64,000 nucleotides of DNA from assembly GCA_030390025.1 (NCBI GenBank), contig CM059432.1, positions 39,930,001-39,994,000 of the forward strand, read 5' to 3'. The stretch comes from Squalus acanthias (Eukaryota). Made by a program: the position numbers and the translations under genes. Positions 25,960 through 37,152 of this stretch are shown here, piece after piece (position 1 is the first letter of the stretch; the number at the start of each line of letters is the position of its first letter). The notes below the pieces were generated by a model. It was not told where the DNA came from. It searched no databases and saw only the letters and a program-made list of their open reading frames with translations.

Positions 25960-26399
25960 ATTTGGATGATCAGCCATGATCGCATTGAATGGCGGAGCAG
26001 GCTCGAGGGGCCGAATGGCCTACTCCTGCTCCTATCTTCTATGTTTCTATGAAAAGTTAGATAAATATTCTTGAAATTTACTCCATTTATCTTTGGGGTG
26101 GGGGCAGGGGGGAAAACTTTGTCGAACTCTACTCTCAGGAAAGAAAGTGGATAGGATTGAAAAGGATTGCATGTGGAAGGTTCCAAACTGAAGGGCTCCA
26201 TCACTTTTTATTTCTTGCTTTCTTATGTTCTTGTTTAGCTGGAAATTATTTTGAGATTATATTCTTGCAACTGATAAAATATAGTTAAGAACATTAAAAA
26301 AAAATCTGTTGTTTTTGGTGGGGAGATGAACAAAAAAAACAGGGGCAATTCAAGTACAGCTGACAATTATCACAGCATGCACATTTCAGCAAAAAGTCA

Positions 26400-26700
26400 A
26401 AAGAGAACATAAGAACATAAGAAGTAAGGGCAGGAGTAGGCCATTCGGCCCCTCGAGCCTGCTCCGCCATTCAATAAGATCATGGCTGATCATTGACCTC
26501 AACTCCACTTTCCCGCCCGATCTCCATATCCCTTGATTCCCCTAGAGTCCAAAAATCTATCTATCTCAGCCTTGAATATACTCAAAGACTCAGCATTCAC
26601 AGCCCTCTGGGGCAGAGAATTCCAAGATTCACAACCCTCTGAGTGAAGAAATTCCTCCTCATCTCAGTCTTAAATGGCCTACCCCTTATCCTGAGACTAT
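26400..26700 (-). mobile_element. CR1 3' end
   Basis: (aagaacat)n tail; HSLRIRGRPFKTEMRRNFFTQRVVNL. Confidence 0.88.
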
Positions 26701-26955
26701 GGGCTGGATTTTTATTGACCCATGGAGGTGTGTTTGGAGGCGTGTGGGGGGTTAAAATTGCGAAAACTGGCGGGTGGGCACAAGCCCGCCTCCATCCCGC
26801 CTCCACGCAATTTTCATTAAATCGTGTCTGCTGGTCCCGACTCCGTCCCGCCTCTAAGAGGCGGGATAGGCTGTTAAGGCCCTTAACAAGCACTAAATTG
26901 CCTCTATAATGCCATTTTGAAAGGCCTTTGTGATTTTAACCCTTTTTCTACGTGA
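26701..26955. mobile_element. Truncated Harbinger-type element end
   Basis: Begins GGGCTGGATTTT like the element at 41364 and carries the same ggcgggt/cccgcc subterminal motifs; the other end is missing. Confidence 0.65.
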
Positions 26956-26959
26956 AGCA

Positions 26960-27640
26960 CGCCTGTTCTGAACCTACTTCCACCTCCGTAACATCGCCCA
27001 TCTCCGCCCTTGCCTCAGCTCATCCGCTGCTGAAACCCTCATCCATGCCTTTGTTACCTCTAGACTTGACTATTCCAACGCACTCCTGGGTGGCCTCCCA
27101 CATTCCACCCTATGTAAACTTGAGGTCATCCAAAACTCGGCTGCCCGTGTCCTAACTCGCACCAAGTCCCGTTCGCCCATCACCCCTGTGCTCGCTGACC
27201 TACATTGGCTCCCGGTTAAGCAGCGCCTCAATTTCAAAATTCTCATCCTTGTTTTCAAATCCCTCCATGGCCTCGCCCCTCACTACCTCTGTAATCTCGT
27301 TCAGCCCCACAATCCCCCCGAGATATCTGCACTCCTCTAATTCTGCCCTCCTGAGCATCTCTGATTATAATCGCTCAACCATTGGTGGCCGTGCCTTCTG
27401 TTACCTAGGCCCTTAGCTCTGGAATTCCCTGCCTAAACCTCTCCGCCTCTCTACCTCTCTTTCCTCCATTAAATCGCTCCTTAAAACCTACCTCTTTGAC
27501 CAAGCTTTTGGTCATCTGCCCGAATTTCTCCTTATGTGGCTCGGTGTCAATTTTTTTGTCTTATAATACTCCTGTGAAGCACCTTGGAACGTTTTACTAT
27601 GTTAAAGGTGATATATAAATACATGTTGCTGTTGTTGTTA
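26960..27640 (+). mobile_element. L2 LINE 3' portion
   Basis: LIHAFVTSRLDYSNALL, LHWLPV, FKILILVFKSLHGLAP; (tgt)n tail. Confidence 0.9.
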
Positions 27641-28172
27641 AATGTTAAAATCTCTGCTTTAATCACTCTGGTCGTGCATTCCACAGCTTAGCAACCCACT
27701 GTGTATAGAGGTTTCTGCTGTTTCTTGTCCTAAACTCTTACTTCTAATCTTAAATCTATGCCCCCATTGTTCTAGACAGTGAGCATGTGTAAAAATCAAA
27801 ATAATTCTCGAAACAGCACAACCGTTCAAAGAGAAACATTTTAGGAGCTCTCGGTTGTATCTCATGACAGCACTGCTCGCCCACTTGGTTTACCGAGGAA
27901 ACAGCTGCACCTCATGAACACAGCAGCGAACCATCTTTCCCAGCCTGTGCCTACATTGAAGAAGTAACATCTGGGGCAGCGCACACAACGAAGCCCCCTC
28001 CCTCCCTCCCCCCAACTCTTCATCCAATCGGATCACTCCTATCGACCTTCTCACTTGTCTGTAGATTGTGATCCTGAGCCACAAAACAAACCTGGAGATG
28101 CAGAGGAGCAGCTCAAGGACAAGAGTAAGACCAGAGCGGGGACTATGGCGTTCGCTGTAACTGGATGATAAG

Positions 28173-28890
28173 GTAGGATCTTTCAGATGAGACCTTAAGA
28201 AAATTATTTTTTGCCAAAAATTTACCTTAAATGTCATTTGGAAAGCTGGTAATAAAAGGTATTTTTTCCTCTTGGGGGTTGGGTAGTGGGCACTACTCTT
28301 TTGCTTATAGAATTTGAGGTCGAAACCAACCCAAACGCATCGAACGAGAGATTTTTTCTGTCTGCTGGTTGTAAAGATCCGAGCTGAAGTGAGTTTGAGC
28401 AGCCCCAACTTGGTTTGGTTTGGGTCCAAAGTATAAAACTGCGCACGATTCAGTTCTAAATCGGCATTCTCGTGGACAGAGATCACAAAGCCGTTTGATG
28501 CGCGAATTGGAAATTTCACATTAGTACAGTACAGGGTCGCCTTCCGAGGCTCTGGCTAAAGCACGTGGTTGAATTGAAGGGGTTTCTTCAAGCGCCTGAC
28601 TGCTATACTCGAGATACATTGACACTATGTGCTAAAGTAGGGACATGTTTAATTCCCTCACTCCAACATGAAAATATAATTTAAAAAGTCAATCCAAATA
28701 TAAAAAAGCGTTTTAATTAGATAATTAGCTCCTGCAATGACTTACGTAAAGTGCTTGGCAACGAGTTACGAGCTGTCTAAGTTAATGGGAAACCCCACCT
28801 GGTAAAATGCTTTCAGGTTGTAGCTCTCCCAACAAAGCCTGACATCTCGCCTTCAGGCGAATATGATACATGTCCGTTTTTTGATTGTAG
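28173..28890 (+). other. Candidate 5' UTR intron of the GPCR gene
   Basis: Donor AAG|GTAGGA at 28172/28173 and acceptor ttttttgattgtag|AC at 28890/28891; motif evidence only. Confidence 0.4.
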
Positions 28891-29064
28891 ACGTCAATGA
28901 TGTCTCTTGTGGAAAATGATGGCCATTTGAAGATGAGATAGTTCCTCAAGCAACGAAATCTTCTGATTGAGCCCAATCGGTGGAATCAACTGGAAGCGCT
29001 CGCACACGGTATCTTTGTACCTGGTGTCAGAACTTTGGAGAGCCGTATCTTTCCGGGAGAAGTC

Positions 29065-30063
29065 ATGGTGGATGAATTGCAGCAAACCAGCTGCAGCATC
29101 TGCTGCTGCACCTTCATGGGCAAAATGCTAACTGTCATCTTCATGATCTTACTGACCCTCGCTATTCTGCTTGGCAACCTGGTGACTTTGGTCGTGTTCT
29201 TAGGCTTCAAGCGCGCCTGCACCCCTCAGGGCTACCTGAAGGTTTCTCTGGCAGTGGCCGATCTGGCTGTTGGCGTTCTCGTGGTCCCATTTTCCGTCTA
29301 CGCGGAGATACTCCTCCTGCTGAAAAAATCGTCTACAGACTGGGAGGGGGACACTTTATTTAGCGACTATTTCCAGCCCTGCACGGTGATTGGGACGGTC
29401 TACGCCGGCTGCACCCTGGTCTCCATCAGCACCATCTTTCTACTGACCCTCGAAAGAAGCATCGCCATCCTGAAGCCCCTGCACAAAGAGGCGGTGATTA
29501 CCAGAAAGAGAACATTGTCCCTGATTGGCATCTCCTGGTTTGCCAGTTTCTTCCTAGCCGTGTCCCCTCTGATATTTGGCGAGGGGATCGTGCTCCAATA
29601 TAACCCCTGCAGTCGAATGTGTAACTTCGCCTTGGTAGCCGGGAAGTTGCCTCAGGATGGCTGGAAAATTCTGCTGCTTTTCCCAGCTTTTGATTTCACA
29701 CTCCTGGGAGGGACGGTGGCGATAAACATTTTATCTTTCAGCAGTATTCGGCAGTACTCCAAACAGAGGAAACTGATGGCGAAAAGCAAGTTGTCCCGCC
29801 CATCGTTTTCCGACATCAAAGCTGCAAAAATCATCGCGACTCTGACTCTCGCCTTCACAGCTTCCTTCAGCCCCATCGCGGTGTTCGTGGTGGGAAACGT
29901 CCTGGGATATCAATGGTGTGACTTCTCCTTTTTCGCCTTTTGGATCCTGACTTCAAACAGTTGCTGGAACGTGATCATTTACAGCGTTAGAGATCAGAAA
30001 TTCCGGCAACGGGCGCTGGCGTTGTTGGCCCTCTCCAAACCGGCCGCCTCCTCGGACAGCTAG
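29065..30063 (+). CDS. Orphan class A (rhodopsin-like) GPCR, single coding exon, about 332 aa from the first in-frame ATG
   Basis: Seven hydrophobic segments; TM1 GN, TM2 LAVADL, TM3 Cys and ERS (DRY position), TM4 W, ECL2 Cys, TM6 FTASFSP, TM7 NSCWNVIIY, helix 8 DQKFR; intact frame in a repeat-free, CpG-retaining island. The ORF-track start at 29035 is a TTG. Confidence 0.92.
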   Translation: MVDELQQTSCSICCCTFMGKMLTVIFMILLTLAILLGNLVTLVVFLGFKRACTPQGYLKVSLAVADLAVGVLVVPFSVYAEILLLLKKSSTDWEGDTLFSDYFQPCTVIGTVYAGCTLVSISTIFLLTLERSIAILKPLHKEAVITRKRTLSLIGISWFASFFLAVSPLIFGEGIVLQYNPCSRMCNFALVAGKLPQDGWKILLLFPAFDFTLLGGTVAINILSFSSIRQYSKQRKLMAKSKLSRPSFSDIKAAKIIATLTLAFTASFSPIAVFVVGNVLGYQWCDFSFFAFWILTSNSCWNVIIYSVRDQKFRQRALALLALSKPAASSDS

Positions 30064-30643
30064 CTGAAGGCAGCGCAAGGGCTAAATCTGCTCCAATTTA
30101 GCTTGTTTTCAGCGAAAGTTACTTTAACGTACTGACACTGTTGGATCAAACTTCGGGTTAACAGTCGCTTTCTGTAGTTTAACTGAGAGGTTGTATAATG
30201 GTTAAGTTTAAGCAAGAGTGTTTCCCCGCAAATGAAGCCAGGACACAAATGGTCGTGTTTTTTCCACTCGATAACTTTTGACACGTCTTGGCATTTTAAA
30301 AAGCACACATATATGTGTATATACACTGCAGACGGGATGCTGCTGGTTCCCCAACCTGTTCTGCTTGATGAAATAAGATTGATGGGTGATGATAAATGCA
30401 TTGTTAATCTGCAATGGAAGTTTGCCTACGTAAACGCTGGGATGGTGCAAACATGTTTGTTTTAATTGCATTTATTGTTGTTTGAATCATGATCTTTTGG
30501 CCGCATGCCATTCAGTTCCCCCTCTTGTACCGACTTTGCATGGTTACAGTCAGTGTAGGCGTGGACCCGATGCTGTGTTTGGAGAACATTGAGGAATGCA
30601 TGTAGACCTATTCTTATTTGGGAGTCTGCCACAGGCTTTACCA

Positions 30644-30649
30644 AATAAA
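30644..30649 (+). terminator. Candidate polyadenylation signal of the GPCR
   Basis: AATAAA about 580 bp after the stop; an alternative ATTAAA lies at 30749. Confidence 0.35.
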
Positions 30650-31269
30650 TTGTACCAGTGAATTACATATTTTTCGAACTGACTACAGGACTTTAATGAT
30701 AAATCTCGCTAGTTTCCTCCAATGAAAACATCCGGTTGTCATAGTAGCATTAAAGTGTTTATAAATAGTGAAAGCTGTATGTGTGTTCGCTGCATTGTCA
30801 CTGCCTAAATTAACAAGCTACAACGCGCTGAATCCTGTGTAAATCGAGTCTCTAAATGCCTGAAGAAAAGATAAACCCGTTACATTAGGGATGGCAAAAG
30901 AACTTATTATAATGTACTAATTGTAATTAAGTACCATGGACAGCGGCCATTCCGCCCTGGCTACAGCTACCCGCTCCTGCCTGGTTTCCACATTCGCCTT
31001 TATCCTCAAGTTTTTCCACTTCTCTCGTCCCTAGTCGTGTTCTATATTCCGGCAACGGCTAGATGTTATTTTCAACGCGGGAGTTCATTATCATCAAGTT
31101 GTGTAACTGATAGGAAAATTAAAGTGTCATTTTCTCTTATTTCAGATTGCACACAAGTTGCATCTTGAATCTTACATTTAGTCCTGCTGATGCTATTGAC
31201 GCAATCCAGTAAGAAATGTAAATCCAGTGTAAAATCTCGTTCTTCACCATGTGCAACTATAAAGCTCCT

Positions 31270-34200
31270 CGGTACCGTCCCCCTCCCTTTCAAAACTGTC
31301 CTCATCACCCCTCCTCAAAAACCCACCCTTGACTCCTCTGTCCTGGCAAACTGCGCCTCATCTCCAACCTCCCTTTCCTCTCCTAGGTCCTGAAAGTGGT
31401 GTCACCTCTCAAATCCATGCCCATCTTTCGCAACTTCGGGCTGGATTTTGCTATAGAAGTAACAGCTCCCGATTTTGTGGTCAGCGGCGAACTAACGGTG
31501 CTAGCTGTTCGTTACACTTACACTTGCTCACAGACTTTCTGTGGGCTTTTGCACTGGAAGTTGTGGTAATTAGAAATCAAAAACTGGGCAGAGCCCTCTA
31601 CAGGGGATCTGGGACCTGTGTGAACAGGGCAAGTATGGTGTGTCTCAGTAATCAATCAGATTGAAGAATCCATACTGAGGCACACAGAGGCTAAATCAGG
31701 AAATCTCAATTATAGTTAAAGTTCAGGCTCGAGTGGAGCATAAACGCAGGCATGGACTGGTTGGGCCAAATGTTTCTGTGCTGTATATTCTATGTAATAG
31801 TTAATTCAATGCCACATTATGTAGAGAAAGTAAAATAAAGAGAGGGACAGAAAGATGGGATTAAGAGAGAGAGATAAAAGAGACAGAAACAAAAAGTTAA
31901 ATTTTCCAACAATAAAAAACATCTGAAGGAATAAGACTCCACACTTGTAAAAATTAATTTTCAGTGCCAGAGAGGCTGTTTGACAGTAATTAACACTTAA
32001 CATGCTATTAAAAATTCACTTACACTTGACTGGACAAGCCCTGACCTTTTCTGGCATGTTAAGTGAGTATCTAATGGGTAAGTACCGCAACTTAACACTA
32101 TTCATGTATTTCAATGCTGAGTCTCTTGATGAGATACTGGTAAAGCGAAGCTTCTGGAGGAGCAGGGCAACTCGGACAGCAACTTCCTGATTTCTGCATT
32201 TAACTGTGCATGTGCATCGCTGGAAGTTGCTGTCCGATTTACTCCTTAATAATGGTGAGCGCTGATAGCCTCACCGTTATTTCTAGTACAAAATGTGGGT
32301 CAACAGGCACTGCACATGCGCAATTAAATGCAGAATTCCAGAAGTTGCTGTCCGATGCGATGTTCCTCCGTAAGCTTCCTAGAACAGCATCTCACTATCT
32401 GACTCACCATTTAAATACATTGAAAGGCATGAAGTTGCTGTATTTACCTCATAGATACGGACTAAACTTGCTAGAAAAAGTTAGGGCTTGTCCATTCCAG
32501 TGTAAGTATCCTTTTTAACGGCATGATAAGTCTTAATTACTGCCAAACAATCTCTCTGGCACTGAAAATTCACTTTTGCAAGTGTAGAGTCTCATTCCTT
32601 CAGATTATTGTTAATGTTGGAGATTTTAAAAAATGTAAAAAAACATTTTTTAACTTTTTGTTTCTGTTTCTTTTATCTCTCTTAATCCAATCTTTCTTTC
32701 CCTTTCTCTTTTTCACTTTCTATACCTGATTTGACATTGAATTCAATATTATAACTTACACTTCCTGATTCAGACTCTGCACTGCTCATTAAAATTCTTC
32801 AATCTGATTGACCCAGAAAGAAAGATGGGATTAAGAGAGAGGGAGATAAAAGAGACAGAAATAGAAAGTAAAAAGAAATGTTTCATTTAAATTTTGAATT
32901 TTTGTAAATCTCCAACAATAATTAAAATCTGAAGGAAATAGACTCCACGCTTGTAAAAGTACAGTTTCTGTGGCAGAGAGGTTGTTTGGCAGTAATTAAG
33001 ACTTATCATGCTGCAAAATTTCACTTGCACTTGAAAGGACAAGTCCTAACTTTTTACGGCGTGTTTAGTGGGTAAGTACTGCAACTTCACGCCATTGCAT
33101 GCATTTGAATGCTGAGTCTCAGTGAGATACTGTAAGAAGAAGCTTCTGGAGGAGCAGGGCAACTCGGACAGCAACTTCTTGATTTCCGCATTTAACTGCG
33201 CATTGTGCGGATGCCGGAAGTTGCTGTCCGATTTACTCCTTAATAACGATGAGCGGTGATAGCCTCACCATTATTTTTACTGCAAAATCTGGGCCATTGG
33301 TTAAGGAGATACACAGTTGCTTGCCCTGTTCACACAGGTCCCAGATGCCCTGTAGCGGGCGCTGCACTTTCTGAATGGTTGACTGACAGGAACTTGCTGT
33401 GCAAAAGCTTATAGAAAGTCTACAGGCAAGTGCAAGTCTAACGAATGGCTAGCACCTTTCATTCACTACTCAGCACAAATTCCGGCCCATTATATTTGAA
33501 CCTGTTCAATCAAGTTTCTGCGCCTGCCACAGCAATGAAACGACCCTAATCAAAGTCACAAATTACATCCTCTATGACTATGATTATGGTGCTCTATCCC
33601 TCCTCATCCTTCTCAACTTCTCTATAGCTTTTGACACCGTTGACCACACCATCCACCTCCAATGCCTCCTTTTTTGTCCAGCTGATTCGGACTGCCCTCA
33701 CCTGGTTCCATTCTTTCTTATCCAGTCAAAGTAGAGAATCTCCTGCTTCTCTTCTTGCCCTGCACTGTTACTTCTGGAGTCCCTCAAGGATATATCCTTG
33801 GCCCCCTCCTATTTCCTGCTTCCTCTCAGCAAAATCATTCAAAGACATGACATCAGGTTCCACATGTACCTTAGCACCACCTCTCTTGACCCCTCCACTA
33901 TGTTGTCAAACTGCTTGTCCAACATCTAGTCCTAGATGAGCCAATTAAACATTGGAAAGACCAAAGTCATTGTCTTCAGACCCTGCTACGAAGTCCATTT
34001 CCTTGCCTGGTCACTGTCTCAGGCTGAAACAGACTGTTCACAACCTTGGCATCCTATTTGACCCTGAGCTTCTGACTCCACACCCTCTCCATCACAAAGA
34101 CCACCATACACCTCCATACCATTGCCCACTTGCATCTGCTTATCTGCTGCTGAAACGTCCATCCATGCTTTCGTTACCTCCAGACTCGACTGTTCCAGTG

Positions 34201-34672
34201 CTCTGTTGGCTGGTCTCCCATCTACCACCCTCCATAAACATGAGCTTATGCAAAATTCTGCTGCCAGTATTCTAACCTGCACCAAGTCCCGCTTACCCAT
34301 TAACCCTACGCTCGCTGGCCTACATTAGTTCCCGATCCACCAATGTATCAATTTTAAAATTCTCTTCCTTGTGTTCAATCCCTCCATGGCCTCATCCCTC
34401 CCTATCTCTGTAACCCCCTTCTTTTGCCCCACCATTGGTGGCCATGCCTTCAACTGTCTAGGCCCTAAAACCTGGAATTCCCTCCCCAATCTTCACTGTC
34501 ACTCTATCCTCCTTTAAGATTATCCTGAAAATGTAACTCTTTAACCAAATTTTTAGTCACTTATCCTAATATCTCCTTTGGCTCTGTGTCAATTTCTGTT
34601 GTATTATGCTCCTGTGTAGCGCTTTGGGGTGTTTTCCTATGTGAAAGGCACTATAGAAATGCATTGCTGTTG
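31270..34672 (+). mobile_element. Decayed L2 LINE split by the MITE cluster at 31438-33488
   Basis: KPTLD...LAN before the cluster; ETTLIKVTN, AFDTVDH, IHAFVTSRLD and the L2 tail after it. Confidence 0.8.
31438..33488. mobile_element. Cluster of three copies of one Harbinger-type MITE family: forward 31438-32301, reverse about 32303-33488, forward nested 32810-33295
   Basis: Ends GGGCTGGATTTT, AAAATGTGGGTC, AAAATCTGGGCC and AAATTCCGGCCC; mutual forward and reverse-complement similarity; ATT TSD around the nested copy; short CR1 tail at about 31725-31800. Confidence 0.8.
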
Positions 34673-35399
34673 TAATCAGTATGGAAAATATCGATTTTTA
34701 ACAGCATCCTATTGAGTTAAAATGTAAGAAATAAAATCCAACTTTAGAAACATCTTGTTTATGAGGTTATACTTTCTGTATTAGGAAATGTACATAGTTT
34801 TTAGGTGTTATGCCGGAAGCCTTTTAACATCAATTTCAATTTATCGCAGAAGAAAAATCATCAGTAGTAATATGAGTGCCAAAAAGATAAAGTTCATACA
34901 ATACTAACTTTCTGTACTTCAAAAACTTCATATTTACCAAACTGTTCCGCACTTTGTGAGCCAGCTAAAATACATGTTAATATGTATTATGATGAAGGGT
35001 AATCTTTTGCATACGCTCAACACCAATGATGCTAATTCTGCCCCATTCAAAGGTTACAAAGAAACAGTAACCCTAATTTTAAGAAATGTGATTATCTCCA
35101 TGATGAGACATCATGATGATACACATTGTGTAAGCCAATAAAAAACACAAAACACCAATAAACAGCAAATCTTACCAATAGCAGAATCCCGGACTTTGCA
35201 TGTGTGAACAAACCAGATGAAATGTAAGTTGATTAAACATTGCAGCTTGAGAACCCTTAGCAGGAGCAGCCAGCACAAGAGATCTGTGTCCTGCATCTGC
35301 TGACACCTAATGAGCTCCCACCTCTTCTGTCACTTATCACCACTATGTTGTGCAATATTCAATGCTTTCTCTAGCCCCTCACTTGCTGCGAAACCTAAA

Positions 35400-36292
35400 G
35401 GGGTAAAAATTCACTTGGTTGCGCCTCCCGTTAGCGCCTTAAGAGGGCGCTAATGGGGCGCAAAGCCGCTAACGCCCGGGCGCAGCGATGTTTGCGCCGC
35501 TCGAGAACTTAACTTGAGATTGTGCGGCGGCGCTAAAACTTACCGCTGCGACCACCTGCGCGCGCAGATTGTGACGTCATTCCATGGTGCAACGCCCTTG
35601 TGGCGCCCTGTAGCGGAAATTGAGTGGCGCCCCCTGCCTTACCGCCTGGCGCTTCCAACGACCAGAAGACTGGAACGCTATCAATCGCTGTGGGGCTGGG
35701 GGGGGCGCTATTTAAAGGGGGCCTCTTCCTGCCTTTTATTGTTGGTGGCATTTTTGAACTACGCATTCTGAGAGAGAGAGGGAGAGACTTCTGGAGAGAT
35801 TCAACATTGTGTGAAGGAGTTTTGGGTACTGAGCAGCACTTTGCAGGTTCATTTTGATTTGCCATTCCTTGTATCGATTTAGCAGAGACTGTGGGAGCTG
35901 CACTCTGAGCTCTTTGCCTGGTACTCTCCATTGTTCTTTCCAGCAGATTTGATGTGCAAGTCTCTCCAGGCCGAGATTCAAGGCTGCAATGAACAGGATG
36001 TGGATGGAAAGCAAGATTAACCATCCCCTTTAAGAACTGGCCCGTGCCATTGTGTGTGTGTTCCATTGCTGACTGACATTACATGAGCTTCGCCAGCGCT
36101 CTGAGTTAGCGCCTCACTGCTCGGCCTTTGCGCCTTAAGAGAGGTGTGCAGCGCCTGCTTTAGCGCTCCACTCACCTCCCGGGGCAGTAAAAGTGAAGTT
36201 TCCTGTCAGTGCCGATAATTAGCGCCAGGCGCTAATATTTGCGTCCGGACGATATTTGCGCCCCAAATGGGGCGCGACCTAATTTCTACCCC
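35400..36292. mobile_element. Young 893-bp non-autonomous Harbinger (partner of 50078-54414, opposite orientation)
   Basis: TIRs GGGGTAAAAATT / AATTTCTACCCC; TSD AAA; near-identical to 58870-59762. Confidence 0.97.
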
Positions 36293-36612
36293 AAAATGTT
36301 TGATTGTGGGCTGTAGTTTGGTGTAAGTGCAAATGGTGATAAAGCTGTTGTGCTGTAAAATGCTCCTCTGAGTTACAACACAGGTCATTGCTTTCTCCAA
36401 CACCATTTGCAAAGAGAGCAGAGGGTACATTTATAAACACACAAACAAACTTGTACAAAGCACTGCAGCTTTTGAATGTCCAGAGTTGCAAAATTCTTGT
36501 ATTCAGTATAACAGTATAGGAATATTGATGCCACCTTTTCAAATCAGAAGTTTGCATAAATCTTGCACATTTCAGCTAGTCTTTGGTTCCTTCTCAACTA
36601 CGCAACAGGAGT

Positions 36613-37041
36613 GAAAGAAAGAACTTGCACCTTTCACAACCTCAGGATGTCTGAACGCACTTTACAGCTAATTAAGTAATTTTGAAGTGTAGTCACTGTT
36701 GTAATGTAACACAGCAGCAAATTTACGCATAGCAAGGTCTCGTGAACAGCAATGACCAGATAATCTGTTTTAGTGATGTTGGTTAAGGGATAAATATTGG
36801 CCAGGACACCAAGGAGAACTCCCCTGATCTTCTTCGAAGTAGTTTTTGCATTATGTCAGAGGGCAGCCGGGGCTATGTTTTAACATTTCATCTGAAATAA
36901 AGTCAGCACCTCCGACATTCCCTTGGTACTGCGCTCCAGTGTCAGCCTAGATTATGTGCTCAAGTCCCTGAGAGTTAATTTAAACCCACAACCTTCTGAC
37001 TCAGAGGTGAGAGTACTGCCACTGACCCAAGGTTGATACCT
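36613..37041 (-). mobile_element. tRNA-derived SINE (Deu-domain/SacSINE1-like)
   Basis: Minus-strand head cagtggcagtactctcacctctgagtcagaaggttgtgggtttaaa; conserved body (gaagaag..caggggagttctcc..ggtgtcctggccaatattta) and L2-like tail. Confidence 0.75.
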
Positions 37042-37152
37042 GACTGCCACTGACTTCAAGAAGAGTAATATGCTTTCTTCAAAGCCTATCAGTCTTCTGT
37101 GTGGGTGTCACCCTCCACTGTAGTCCTGGCCCTTAGGTTGTAAAATGATATT

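Larger units (their letters stand above)
21770..26052 (+). mobile_element. Essentially full-length CR1 LINE (5' UTR, ORF1, ORF2, 3' UTR, (ttctatg)n tail), inactivated
   Basis: All parts are present and in order, with few disablements. Confidence 0.95.

Noticed and set aside
27890..28519. 209-aa minus-strand ORF upstream of the GPCR
   Set aside because: Non-ATG start, no recognisable domain, and it overlaps the probable GPCR promoter, first exon and intron.
29065..30063. Naming the GPCR as a TAAR, adrenergic or adenosine receptor
   Set aside because: It lacks Asp3.32 and the family-specific motifs, and orthology cannot be established without a search.
35533..36066. 177-aa minus-strand ORF also present at 59003-59536
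   Set aside because: It is shared only because the two MITE copies are about 98% identical. It crosses GC-rich subterminal DNA, has no recognisable domain beyond a few residues of the Myb start, and its differences look unselected.
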